Shown here piece after piece: positions 12,150-20,919 of a stretch of 64,000 nt of DNA (the first letter of the stretch is position 1; each line of letters starts with the position of its first letter). The translations under genes and the position numbers were made by a program. Location of the stretch: the NCBI GenBank assembly GCA_963665095.1, contig OY762069.1, positions 5,536,001 through 5,600,000 on the forward strand. Direction: 5' to 3'. The notes below the pieces were generated by a model that was not told the origin of the DNA, ran no database searches, and saw only the letters and a program-made list of their open reading frames with translations. The DNA is from an uncultured Desulfobacter sp. Lineage in GTDB: Bacteria > Desulfobacterota > Desulfobacteria > Desulfobacterales > Desulfobacteraceae.

Positions 12150-12313
12150 TATCTATTGCCTGAACGAAAACACCGTATTTAGTGTTTGGACGAAAAGTTG
12201 CCCAGATGCAAGGCGCAAGCAAAGCTGCAACCGGAGCGTACTTCAGTACGTGAGGATTGCAGCTTTGTGCAGCAACGCCGCAGGTGGGTGACTTTTCGTC
12301 CAAACACTATCTA
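12150..12313 (+). mobile_element. Palindromic MITE copy 1 (152-bp body 12156-12307) with TATCTA direct repeats
   Basis: Arms GTGTTTGGACGAAAAGT...ACTTTTCGTCCAAACAC and core GCGTACTTCAGTACGT. Homologous to the copies at about 32.0 kb and 34.5 kb. Confidence 0.85.
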
Positions 12314-12922
12314 TGCACTTGCCATCAGGGCCAGTGCGTTAATAACACTTGCCGCCACATTGGAGCCGCCTTTACGGCCCGCATTTGAAATATGGGGGAT
12401 ATTGGTTTCCATCAGGGCTGCCTTGGATTCCGCCGCATTGACAAATCCCACGGGGAGCCCCACAACAAGGGCCGGGTTGGCCTTTTTCTGTTCAATCATC
12501 TCAAGCAGGTGGAGAAGCGCTGTGGGCGCGTTCCCCACCACATAGATGCCGTTCTCCATCATGGGGGCGGCCTTTTCCACGGCCACATGGGCCCGGGTCA
12601 CGCCGGCTGCCTTGGCCTCGGCCGCCACTTCAGGATCTGCCATGAGGCACTCACAGCGCCCGCCGAAATTTGCCAGAAGATCTTTTCGAATCCCGGTTTT
12701 TGCCATGTTGGTGTCCGTGATCACGGTACACCCGCTTTGAATGGCCTTAATACCTGCCGCCACTGCGCCTGGAGAGATCTTGACCATCTCCATGTACTGA
12801 AAATCTGCTGACGTATGGATCATGCGCCGGACAACGTTCCACTCTTCATAAGAAAAATTGTGTGGACCCGCCTCCTCATCAATGATGGCAAAGCTTTTAA
12901 TTTCAATTTCATGGGGCTTCAT
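12311..12922 (-). CDS. cbiC: Cobalt-precorrin-8 methylmutase CbiC/CobH
   Basis: Motifs PHEIEIKSFAII, RRMIHTSADF, VGNAPTAL, GLPVGFVNAAESK, GRKGGSNVAA. Confidence 0.96.
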   Translation of the reverse strand: MKPHEIEIKSFAIIDEEAGPHNFSYEEWNVVRRMIHTSADFQYMEMVKISPGAVAAGIKAIQSGCTVITDTNMAKTGIRKDLLANFGGRCECLMADPEVAAEAKAAGVTRAHVAVEKAAPMMENGIYVVGNAPTALLHLLEMIEQKKANPALVVGLPVGFVNAAESKAALMETNIPHISNAGRKGGSNVAASVINALALMASA

Positions 12923-14295
12923 TTATGCTTTTTCCTTTCTTTCTGGTATTCCAGACACGCCCGCACCAGATTTTGGGGCACATCCGGGTTGCTTTTAAAG
13001 TGCAGATGCAGGTAACTGCCAAGGGTCCGGTTTTTTTCAAAACCCGGCACGGCCCGGGCGCCACCAGCCCGGTCGCAGGCATCATAAACACTGTCACAAT
13101 CATGATCATCCAGGCTGGAGTAGTGGAACTCATGTCCCCGGGCCACAACCCCCTTTTCTCCAAGAATGGCATCCCGGTTCAGGGTAATCTCTCTATAGCC
13201 CAAAGCTCTCAGGGATTTCGACATGCGGCAGGTAAAATCAAAACATCCCACCATCTCATGGCTTTTGCCCTCAAGATCCTCAAGGGTATGGCAAATGGTC
13301 ATGAACCCGCCGCACTCGGCATAGATGGGCATCCCGGCTGCACTTGCCGCAGAAACCGCCCGCCTGAATCCCTGATTTTGTGTAAGGGTTCTGGCGTGCA
13401 GTTCCGGATACCCCCCGCCCAGATAGAGGCCGTCAATGTTGTCGGGCAAAGCAGAATCGGACAGGGGTGAAAAATAGACAATATCTGCGCCTGCTTCCTC
13501 GAGCAGTTCAATATTTTCAGGATAGTAAAAACAAAACGCTGCATCCCTTGCCACGGCAATGCGTACCACGGACGTATTCCTGTTGGCGGGTCGAGTGGTT
13601 GCCGACACTCCCACATGGGGCAGGGATGCCAGCAGGGCGTCCAGATCCATGCTCTTTTCCACCAGATCAGCCAGGGCATTTTGCATTTTGTCTCCAAGGC
13701 CGTGGTCATCGCTTGTGACAAGGCCCAGGTGCCGGGACGGGATCTCGATCTGCTGCTCCCGGCCCACGCCTCCCAGGCAGGGCATCTTTACATTGCCCTC
13801 CAGTGCCTGGCTCAGATAATCCAGATGAACCGGGCTGCCCACCTTGTTGAACAGGACGCCCGCAAATTTCAGATCCGGATCAAAGTTTTCAAACCCCTGG
13901 ACAAGAGCCCCTGCACTTCTGGCCATGCTCCGGGCATCCACCACCAGCAGCACCGGAAGTCCCAGCCACTTGGCCATCTGGGCTGTGGATCCGGCCTCAC
14001 TCCTGCCGTCATACCCGTCAAACAGCCCCATCACCCCCTCCACCACGGCAATGTCGGCCTGGCCGGTGTTTTGCCGAAATATATCCAGGTTGGTCTGTTT
14101 GGACAGCATCCACCCGTCGAGATTGCGGCTGGCCACCCCTGTGATGGCGGTGTGGTGCCCCGGGTCAATGAAATCCGGGCCGGTTTTAAAAGGCGCCACT
14201 GTAAGGCCCCGACGTTTGAGTGCTGCCATCAGTCCTAACGTAATGGTGGTCTTGCCGCACCCGGAGTGAACTCCGGCAACAACAATGCCTTTCAT
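12919..14295 (-). CDS. cbiA: Cobyrinate a,c-diamide synthase CbiA/CobB
   Basis: Motifs SGCGKTT, FKTGPDFIDP, EGVMGLFDG, SRHLGL, GGGYPE, YAECGGFM, GHEFHYS. Confidence 0.96.
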   Translation of the reverse strand: MKGIVVAGVHSGCGKTTITLGLMAALKRRGLTVAPFKTGPDFIDPGHHTAITGVASRNLDGWMLSKQTNLDIFRQNTGQADIAVVEGVMGLFDGYDGRSEAGSTAQMAKWLGLPVLLVVDARSMARSAGALVQGFENFDPDLKFAGVLFNKVGSPVHLDYLSQALEGNVKMPCLGGVGREQQIEIPSRHLGLVTSDDHGLGDKMQNALADLVEKSMDLDALLASLPHVGVSATTRPANRNTSVVRIAVARDAAFCFYYPENIELLEEAGADIVYFSPLSDSALPDNIDGLYLGGGYPELHARTLTQNQGFRRAVSAASAAGMPIYAECGGFMTICHTLEDLEGKSHEMVGCFDFTCRMSKSLRALGYREITLNRDAILGEKGVVARGHEFHYSSLDDHDCDSVYDACDRAGGARAVPGFEKNRTLGSYLHLHFKSNPDVPQNLVRACLEYQKERKKHK

Positions 14296-15233
14296 TTGGT
14301 ACCTCCTGTGTCAATGCCCGCATTATCCCGGGGGGCTTCCGGATAAAGAATATCTGTGATGGCATGAATCCCTTTGAGCAGCTCCATGGTAGGCCGGGAA
14401 ACTTGTTTTTCATCCACAATAAAAATCTGATTCTCCCTGACAGCTTTAATCACCTCAAATCCCGGCTCATTTTTAATCATCTCAATTGTGGGCTGGTTCA
14501 TGGCACCAGTCTGGGCCAGGAATACGTCGATCTCGTCAGCATGGAAGAGAATGCGCTCCTTGCCGTAAAAGGCGATGTTGGTGCCGCGCACCGAAGGGGC
14601 GTCCTGGGCAACGTTTATACCGCCGGCGGTTTCCAGGGCAAAAATCGCCATGGAACCGGGGGTGAAGGTCTTCATCCGGGAGTGGATGGCCTCAAAGTAA
14701 ACCTTTTTTTTGTCGGGCAGGTTCCGGGGCACTGCCTTTATCCGGGCAATATCTTTTTTGAATACAGCGACCATATTTTGTGCCTGGGCAGCTTTGCCGG
14801 TGAGGGATCCCAAGACCATCCAGTAGTCAAACATCTCATCCACCGTGCCCGGTTGAAGGGAGACCACCGCGATTCCTGCCTTTTCCATGCCTTTGACCAG
14901 ATCGGCATAGGCCCGGTCAATCATGGGCCGGATCAGCACCAGGTCCGGACGGGCAGCCAGAAATTTTTCAAGACCTTCATGGTAGGAATATTCAGCTTTG
15001 CCCTCCCAGTTGTCAGAACGACTGACCCCAATAATTTCACTGTCCAGCCCCAGGCTTTTTAAATTCTGGGTGTGGGCCCCGTAAAGGGAGATGATTCGGC
15101 AATAGGGTTTGTCAATCGTAATCTTGCGTCCGGCCATATCGGTGATCACCCCGCAGGCAACGCTTTGTGTTGGCAGTAACCAGGCCAGAAAGACCAGTAA
15201 AAATAAAGGGATGGTCCAATTAAAAAATTTCAT
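14292..15233 (-). CDS. ABC transporter substrate-binding protein, BtuF/FepB-like
   Basis: Signal peptide from ATG 15233, which forms a TAATG overlap with the ATPase stop. Motifs TDMAGRKITIDKP..RIISL, EKFLAARPDLV, IKAVRENQIF...SRP. Confidence 0.9.
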   Translation of the reverse strand: MKFFNWTIPLFLLVFLAWLLPTQSVACGVITDMAGRKITIDKPYCRIISLYGAHTQNLKSLGLDSEIIGVSRSDNWEGKAEYSYHEGLEKFLAARPDLVLIRPMIDRAYADLVKGMEKAGIAVVSLQPGTVDEMFDYWMVLGSLTGKAAQAQNMVAVFKKDIARIKAVPRNLPDKKKVYFEAIHSRMKTFTPGSMAIFALETAGGINVAQDAPSVRGTNIAFYGKERILFHADEIDVFLAQTGAMNQPTIEMIKNEPGFEVIKAVRENQIFIVDEKQVSRPTMELLKGIHAITDILYPEAPRDNAGIDTGGTK

Positions 15234-16003
15234 TATAAAAACACCACCTGGGGACATTGAATTGTTTCATCGTAATAAACTTTTGACTCTACTTCAAACA
15301 CCTCTTTAATCACTGATTCCGTTAAAACTTCTTTAACAGGGCCGTGGGCAGATGCCTTTCCGTTTTTAACAAAGAGCAGGCTGTGGCAGAACCGGGCCGC
15401 AAGATTGATATCCTGAAGCACACTGATTACAGTAAGGTTTTGTTTTTTTACCCGCTGGGCAGCAAGGTTCATCAGCGCCAGGGTGTGACGGACATCCAGG
15501 TTGGAGGTGGCCTCGTCTAAGATCAGGCAGGCTGCGTCCTGGGCCAGGGCCCTTGCAAATACCACCCGCTGGCGCTCTCCACCGGACAGTTCTGTCACAT
15601 GACGCAGCGAAAAATCCCGGATGCCCGTGGCGGTCATGGCCTGATCCACCAGTTCCCGGTCGTGGGTATCCGGTACCCCGAACCGTCCTAAATGGGGATA
15701 ACGCCCCATCATCACCACCTGATCCACGGTAAAAGGAAAATTGACCCTGAAATCCTGGGGCACCAGAGCACATTTTCTGGCAAGCTGGGCCGGGGACAAG
15801 TCTTCCAGGCGATGGTCATCCAGAAGGATCTCACCTTTCAAAGGTTTTAAATGTCCGGTTATCAGATCCAGCAACGTGGTCTTTCCTGATCCATTGGGCC
15901 CCAGCACCCCGTGAAATCCACCCGTGGGAAAATCCAGACTGATCCCGGAAAAAATGGTGCGGTGTTCATAGGAAAACCAGATATTTTTCAACGCGAACCC
16001 CAT
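15233..16003 (-). CDS. ABC transporter ATP-binding protein, BtuD/FepC-like
   Basis: Motifs GPNGSGKTT, MGRYPH, LSGGERQRV, LILDE. Confidence 0.93.
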   Translation of the reverse strand: MGFALKNIWFSYEHRTIFSGISLDFPTGGFHGVLGPNGSGKTTLLDLITGHLKPLKGEILLDDHRLEDLSPAQLARKCALVPQDFRVNFPFTVDQVVMMGRYPHLGRFGVPDTHDRELVDQAMTATGIRDFSLRHVTELSGGERQRVVFARALAQDAACLILDEATSNLDVRHTLALMNLAAQRVKKQNLTVISVLQDINLAARFCHSLLFVKNGKASAHGPVKEVLTESVIKEVFEVESKVYYDETIQCPQVVFL

Positions 16004-16006
16004 GCC

Positions 16007-17044
16007 CTACAACCTCTTTTTCCCTGCAAACTGGCGTTTGAATACATAACAGAAAAACGGACCGCCGATCAATGCGGTGAGTACACCTATGGGCAGTTCC
16101 GAAGGCAGCACCGCCCGGGTAAAAGTGTCTGCACATAAAAGCAATGCGGCTCCTGCCAGAAGGCAGACCGGCATGAGCCACTGGTTGTCGGCACCTACCA
16201 CGCCGCGCATCATATGGGGGACCAGAAGGCCTACAAAACCGATAATACCAGAAACGGACACACACACCGCAGCCATCAAAGAGGCGGCAGCCAGAAGAAT
16301 CAGGCGGGATTTTATCACATCCACCCCCAAAGAGGCGGCAGCCCGGTCGCCCAATGCCATGAGATTAAGATCCCGGCCAAAGCACAGGCACACCAAAGCG
16401 CCGATGCCGACAAAGGCCAGACACAGCCCTGCATCCATCCAGGTTTTGGAGGCAAAACTGCCCATGAGCCAGAAGATGATCACCGACACCCGCTCGTCCG
16501 CCGCATATTTAAGGAAACTGATCCCGGCCGAAAGAATGGCCGCCACGATAATGCCTGAAAGGATCAGGTTGTTGGAAGAGTAGCCGCCGGCACTGCCACC
16601 GGAAAGATACAGCACCACCCCCAGGGTCACAAGGGCGCCGGCAAAGGCACAAAGCCCGACGCTTAGCCCCTGAAAACTGCTCATGTTGAACAAAAAGGCC
16701 ACACAAGCCCCGAAAGCGGCGCCTGCAGAAATGCCTAAGGTATATGGATCTGCCAGGGGATTTTTCAAAATGCCCTGAAATACCACCCCTGAAAGAGATA
16801 AGCCCGCCCCCACAATGGCGGCGGTAAAAATTCTGGGCAGACGCACATCAAAAATAATGGCCGATGCCAGGGTATCGGCGGGAGTCAGCCCGCAGATCTT
16901 CTCCCATATTACGGCCGCCACCTGGGAAAAAGGAACGCGGACCACCCCCATTCCTGCAGACAGTACAATCACCCCGCCCAGCAGCAGCCCTAAGACAACC
17001 GCCACCCGAACAGGGGATATTTTTATGCCAGTTTCAGCCGGCAT
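16007..17044 (-). CDS. FecCD/BtuC-family ABC permease
   Basis: Motifs RLPRI, FQGILKNPLADPYTLGISAGA, GIIGFVGLLVPH, ELPIGVLTALIGGPFF. Confidence 0.94.
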   Translation of the reverse strand: MPAETGIKISPVRVAVVLGLLLGGVIVLSAGMGVVRVPFSQVAAVIWEKICGLTPADTLASAIIFDVRLPRIFTAAIVGAGLSLSGVVFQGILKNPLADPYTLGISAGAAFGACVAFLFNMSSFQGLSVGLCAFAGALVTLGVVLYLSGGSAGGYSSNNLILSGIIVAAILSAGISFLKYAADERVSVIIFWLMGSFASKTWMDAGLCLAFVGIGALVCLCFGRDLNLMALGDRAAASLGVDVIKSRLILLAAASLMAAVCVSVSGIIGFVGLLVPHMMRGVVGADNQWLMPVCLLAGAALLLCADTFTRAVLPSELPIGVLTALIGGPFFCYVFKRQFAGKKRL

Positions 17045-17073
17045 GGAATCACAACACTCCTTTTACTGTTTAT

Positions 17074-17116
17074 ATCAGGCTGACCTTTGAGATGGGAAAA
17101 CAAAAGTCAGTCTGAT
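17074..17116 (-). other. Intercistronic stem-loop between cbiK and the permease
   Basis: Inverted repeat ATCAGGCTGAC...GTCAGTCTGAT. Confidence 0.5.
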
Positions 17117-17149
17117 GCTGTTGGGCTTTAAATTAGAGCCGTTCAAACC

Positions 17150-18025
17150 CTATTTAAAGTGGCCCATGGTTTTGGTTAGCTGACCCACCCAGATGTCAGC
17201 AAATTCATCATACTCAGCCGTACCTTTCAGCACGGTCTTGCAGGAGAAGCCCGCCTTGGTCAGCTGGGATTTCCAGGAATCATCCTCATCCCCTGCCATA
17301 TCATTTTTAGCATGATCCCCTGCCACCGACATAAAGGGCATCACCCATACATTTTTAGCCTTTTTTGCCTTGAGCCAGGCAATGACATCGGACAGTTCCG
17401 GGTACCCTTCCACAGTGCCCATTATAATGTTGGGATCTTTCTGCTGCAGTTGCCAGTTCATGGCAGAGTAATAGATATTGCCCGGATGATGTGTTCCGTG
17501 TCCCATAAGTACAACAGGTTCGCTGGCTTTGCGCGCTTTGGGCAGTGTGGCAATCACAGCATCAACTGCTTTGGCCACCGTGTCCTGTGCGCCCAGCATG
17601 GGAAATCCTAAAATAAGCCGGTCAAACCCGCCGGGCATCTGCCTGAAACCGTTCACTGTCATGGTGAGATCATGGTATTCTTCTCCCGGAATGGTGTGAA
17701 GGGACTGAACCGCTACATGGGTGTAGCCTTCATCCATCATTTTTGCCAGGGCTTCGGCCGGGGAGAGGATCACCTCGCCCTGCCTGGCCAGTTTGTGGCG
17801 GATAATGTGGGAAGTGTAGGCCCAGTAAATATCAACACCGGGAAACGCTTTTTCTACTTTTGCTTCAATGTTTTTAAACGACACCTTGGCCGAGGCTTCG
17901 CTGGTGCCGAATGCCACCAGCAGGATTCCTTTTTTCATCTCCCTGGCCTCTTTGTGGGCATAGGCATTGGCCGCACACAAAACCATGGCCAGAACAACCA
18001 GTACTGAAATCGCTTTTCTTCTCAT
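17150..18025 (-). CDS. cbiK: Sirohydrochlorin cobaltochelatase CbiK with signal peptide (periplasmic CbiK type)
   Basis: Signal peptide ending ANA-YA; motifs ILLVAFGTS, QSLHTIPGEEY, MGHGT, GTVEGYP, PFMSVAGDHAKNDMAGD. Confidence 0.94.
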   Translation of the reverse strand: MRRKAISVLVVLAMVLCAANAYAHKEAREMKKGILLVAFGTSEASAKVSFKNIEAKVEKAFPGVDIYWAYTSHIIRHKLARQGEVILSPAEALAKMMDEGYTHVAVQSLHTIPGEEYHDLTMTVNGFRQMPGGFDRLILGFPMLGAQDTVAKAVDAVIATLPKARKASEPVVLMGHGTHHPGNIYYSAMNWQLQQKDPNIIMGTVEGYPELSDVIAWLKAKKAKNVWVMPFMSVAGDHAKNDMAGDEDDSWKSQLTKAGFSCKTVLKGTAEYDEFADIWVGQLTKTMGHFK

Positions 18026-18184
18026 GCTGCATTCTCCTAATCTAATTTCTGTTAATCATAAATCGGGCAACAGCCCTGTCTGGTGCTGAGCAAAAGCCTG
18101 GCAGGATTTCAGGGCAGCGCGTATTTGCCAAATACGCCTGTGCCTGGAAATTTGAAAAGCGGTCCCGTTTAATGTTTCGAAAAC

Positions 18185-18225
18185 AAAAAAAAGCAGCATC
18201 TTAAATTGTATTATTTAAGAGCTGC
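18185..18225 (-). terminator. Intrinsic terminator in the cbiK leader (riboswitch expression platform)
   Basis: Minus strand reads GCAGC-TCTTAAAT...ATTTAAGA-T-GCTGC followed by T8. Confidence 0.75.
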
Positions 18226-18297
18226 ATCCCGTTTCTTCGACTCTGTATTTTATAGTTTCGCCATCTGTGTCCCATCGCACATCTACGAATCCTTAAA

Positions 18298-18478
18298 TGT
18301 AAAGGCAGGTTTTCTGGCTTCCGGATCATCCGAATCCCTGCGCCTTCCCATCCGTTTTTTTTTGACATGCTTTAACGAACAGTGGCAATATGCAGGTTTC
18401 GTCCCCGATTACAGCGGCGGGACCGCTCCCGATTTTAACGGGATTCCCTGTTAGCCCTTACGGGCACCTAAACTGGCG
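18298..18478 (-). ncRNA. Cobalamin (AdoCbl) riboswitch
   Basis: Minus strand: AGGTGCCC...AACAGGGAATCCCGTTAAAATCGGGAGCGGTCCCGCCGCTGTAA...GCCACTG...TGGGAAGGC...AGCCAGAAAACCTGCC (B12 box), upstream of the cbi operon. Confidence 0.95.
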
Positions 18479-18481
18479 GTT

Positions 18482-18510
18482 ATGATTGCTCAATAAAATT
18501 GTTTTGTCAA
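18482..18510 (-). promoter_or_regulatory. Sigma70-type promoter of the cbi operon
   Basis: TTGACA-17 nt-AATCAT immediately 5' of the riboswitch. Confidence 0.6.
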
Positions 18511-18574
18511 TAGGTGTTCCTGACCGGCAGATTGCCCTGCGCGAACATGTTTGCTGGAAATAGTTTTAAAAGAT

Positions 18575-18622
18575 AACGGTGACGAGGCCCATCCTGGATA
18601 TGGATTAAAGCCCGTCACCGTT
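18575..18622 (-). terminator. Probable terminator hairpin downstream of bfr
   Basis: Inverted repeat AACGGTGACG...CGTCACCGTT. Confidence 0.45.
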
Positions 18623-18678
18623 TAGTTTGTGTCTGAACGGCTGGCCAGGCCGGGTTAAAGAGGCCCGGCAGGTAATTG

Positions 18679-19211
18679 CTACTCTGCTGCCGAAACGGCA
18701 AATCCGTTTTTCCCCAGCCCTGTGGTTGACGGGGTGCCGGCAATTCTGGCCAGATATGCATCCCCAAGATTTTTGATATGATCGCCAATGTTATCAAAAT
18801 AGTTAAGATGGATCTGCTCTTCGTCAATAATGGTTTCAAACAGTTTCATGGTAATACTGTCACCGTTGTCCCGGCAAACCTGAAGAAACTGGTTATAAGT
18901 ATCAATGGTGTCATCTTCCAGGCCTGAGTCAAAGGGAAAGATGCCGTCCACCTTTTGTCCCCTCTCCACCTTGGCTGCCAGATCCGAGGTGGGCTCTCCC
19001 CCCAGTTCCTTGATACGCTCGGCAAACTGTTCGGCATGGCGCATCTCATCAATGGCAATGAGTTTAAGCTTGGCGGCCAGCTCCCCATAATCCATGTCGT
19101 CAAGATTGTAATGCTGGTTCATATACTGGCTGATGGCGTGAAGTTCCATGGATCTGGCCTTGTTCAGCACATCAATCACTGCCTTTTTTTATCTTTTTTA
19201 GCGGCGCCCAT
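18679..19211 (-). CDS. bfr: Bacterioferritin with an apparent 1-nt deletion in an A7 run near the 5' end
   Basis: Ferroxidase motifs ELHAISQY, DEMRHA, EDDTI, DEEQIH. The GGAGG ribosome-binding site precedes ATG 19211, which is out of frame with the body (the ORF track starts it at GTG 19179). Confidence 0.9.
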
Positions 19212-19226
19212 TACATTCCTCCTTTT

Positions 19227-20147
19227 TTATTTTATTTGCTTTAAATGCATCAGCAGAGCCCGAAGTTTTTCCCGGGCCCTTTGGAATTCCGTCTGAAAGG
19301 TCTTGCTCTCCTTGTCATGAAACTGCTTGAAATCCAAAAGATCAAGCTCTTTTATGGTGTTGAGCAGGTCAAAAATATGGTTTTCCGCAACTGTCCTGCA
19401 GAAGTTCACATCCTTTTGTGCGATTTTTTCACTGATCTGAGGGTTTTCCTGTAAGAATTCAGGCACCTGGTATTCCCGGGCCAGCAAAAGGCAAATGAGC
19501 TGGAACAGTGCATCAGCCGGACTCGCCTTAATCAGGGTGGGGCTGTGGAGAAATGACAGATTCTTGTCAACACTGACGTCTGCCGTATTCAGGGTGCGGA
19601 CCCTGTCAAACCAGTTCAGGGTGTAACCCAGGTAATCATCCTCCCGCCAGGTTTCCTTTTTCCAGGCATGGGCTTTAATCGCTTTTTTCAGCCCGTCCAT
19701 GCAGTCTTCACTGTTTTCATAATTGTAAGTGCCAAGCAACGCACCGGACTGAAAAATATCAATCCCGGGCCGGTGCGCCTGCTCACTGATCTCTGCACAA
19801 AGAATCCGTCTCTCTTCCCCGGGACGCAGGATAATGATTTTACATGATGGCTTTGACCGGTCAATACGCTCCAGTTCTTCAGCTGAATCCGGCGGTGCAA
19901 TGGCACTGGCCGCGGATGCGGTGAGAAATGCCGCATACACATTCGGGGAGAGATCCAGCTGGGCCAGGGCTGATTCAAACAACGGGATTTCCCTCTCCTC
20001 AAGTCCACGGACTGGAATCAGCCGTCCTTTTTCCATGTCCGGCAAAAACAGCTCCAATACCGATTCAAGCCCGGCCTGCCAGTGGGCGCTTCTAGGGTCC
20101 TTTTTTTCTTCTATCCACTGCTTTGCTTTGGCAAGGGGAGATGTCAT
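19227..20147 (-). CDS. Hypothetical protein (306 aa)
   Basis: Long ORF ending just upstream of the bfr ribosome-binding site; no motif recognised. Confidence 0.8.
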   Translation of the reverse strand: MTSPLAKAKQWIEEKKDPRSAHWQAGLESVLELFLPDMEKGRLIPVRGLEEREIPLFESALAQLDLSPNVYAAFLTASAASAIAPPDSAEELERIDRSKPSCKIIILRPGEERRILCAEISEQAHRPGIDIFQSGALLGTYNYENSEDCMDGLKKAIKAHAWKKETWREDDYLGYTLNWFDRVRTLNTADVSVDKNLSFLHSPTLIKASPADALFQLICLLLAREYQVPEFLQENPQISEKIAQKDVNFCRTVAENHIFDLLNTIKELDLLDFKQFHDKESKTFQTEFQRAREKLRALLMHLKQIK

Positions 20148-20311
20148 TTTAAAAGCTTCCTTATATTGGTTTTTCCATTCAACTCTTCGGGGATAAAATC
20201 AAATCAGAAAAGAGACTGGATTGTCAATATAAATCAGGTCCAATACTGTGCAGCGATCTGGCAGTCCCTATAATTTGTCTGAATTCATTATAGTCGAGGT
20301 AATCTCTGAGC

Positions 20312-20610
20312 CAATGTCATAAAGTTAACGACAAGGCTTATAATTCATGTAGTGCTCACGCTTGTTGATCTTATGTTTCCGTTTAAATTTACGCCCGGGC
20401 CTAATGGGTTCTGTCGCCGCCATGAAAGAGCATGAAGGTCCTTAATCAACTGTACGGTAATTTCACGCGGTCTTTCAAAAAGCAAAAAGATTAAAACCCT
20501 TCCAGGTTTTTGCGTGTGAAATCTTTCTTGTTTTTCTTGTGTCTGTCGATAATTTCCGGGGAATGCAGAATATTTTTAAGCTAGTCGATTAGCTCGGCAC
20601 ATATTTTGGA
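20312..20610 (-). mobile_element. Internally deleted IS4-family remnant (one terminal IR plus transposase ends)
   Basis: Terminal IR-like CAATGTCATAAAGTTAAC at 20312. Minus-strand peptides KICAELID*LKNILHSPEIIDRHKKNKKDFTRK and TEPIRPGRKFKRKHKINKREHYMNYKPCR* resemble IS4 transposase N- and C-termini. Confidence 0.6.
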
Positions 20611-20650
20611 GAGCAGGTTCCATGCCAAGTTGGTTGAATTTTTCAGACAT
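20576..20650 (-). pseudogene. 24-codon stub resembling the start of a DEAD-box RNA helicase
   Basis: AAGGAG ribosome-binding site and ATG; reads MSEKFNQLGMEPALQ (F-x-x-L-G pattern that precedes the Q motif), then runs into the IS4 remnant. Confidence 0.4.
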
Positions 20651-20919
20651 TTTATTCTCCTTTCACAAATCAGATCAAATCGGACCGGATATGCTGACAG
20701 GCGCGGCCGTTCCTGATGAAATACGTGCCGGCAAGGATGCCGGGCGGATTGCCAGAAAACTGATTGAGACAGGGAAAAAGCCGGTCCATATCCTATTTTG
20801 TACCAAATTGAAAAGAGCATTGCACCTGAGCAGAACAAAATTGCGCAGATGGGAACTGCCAGTTCAACCTAAAGCTAAAAAAGTACGATTATCTTGCTGC
20901 GGGAACCACGCAAGCCTTT

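Noticed and set aside
12186..12545. ORFs 12186-12545 (+) and 34468-34740 (-) share the peptide CKAQ.K.QPER.SVREDC.FVQQRRRWVT
   Set aside because: The similarity comes from the MITE DNA. No ribosome-binding site is evident and the first ORF is antisense to cbiC.
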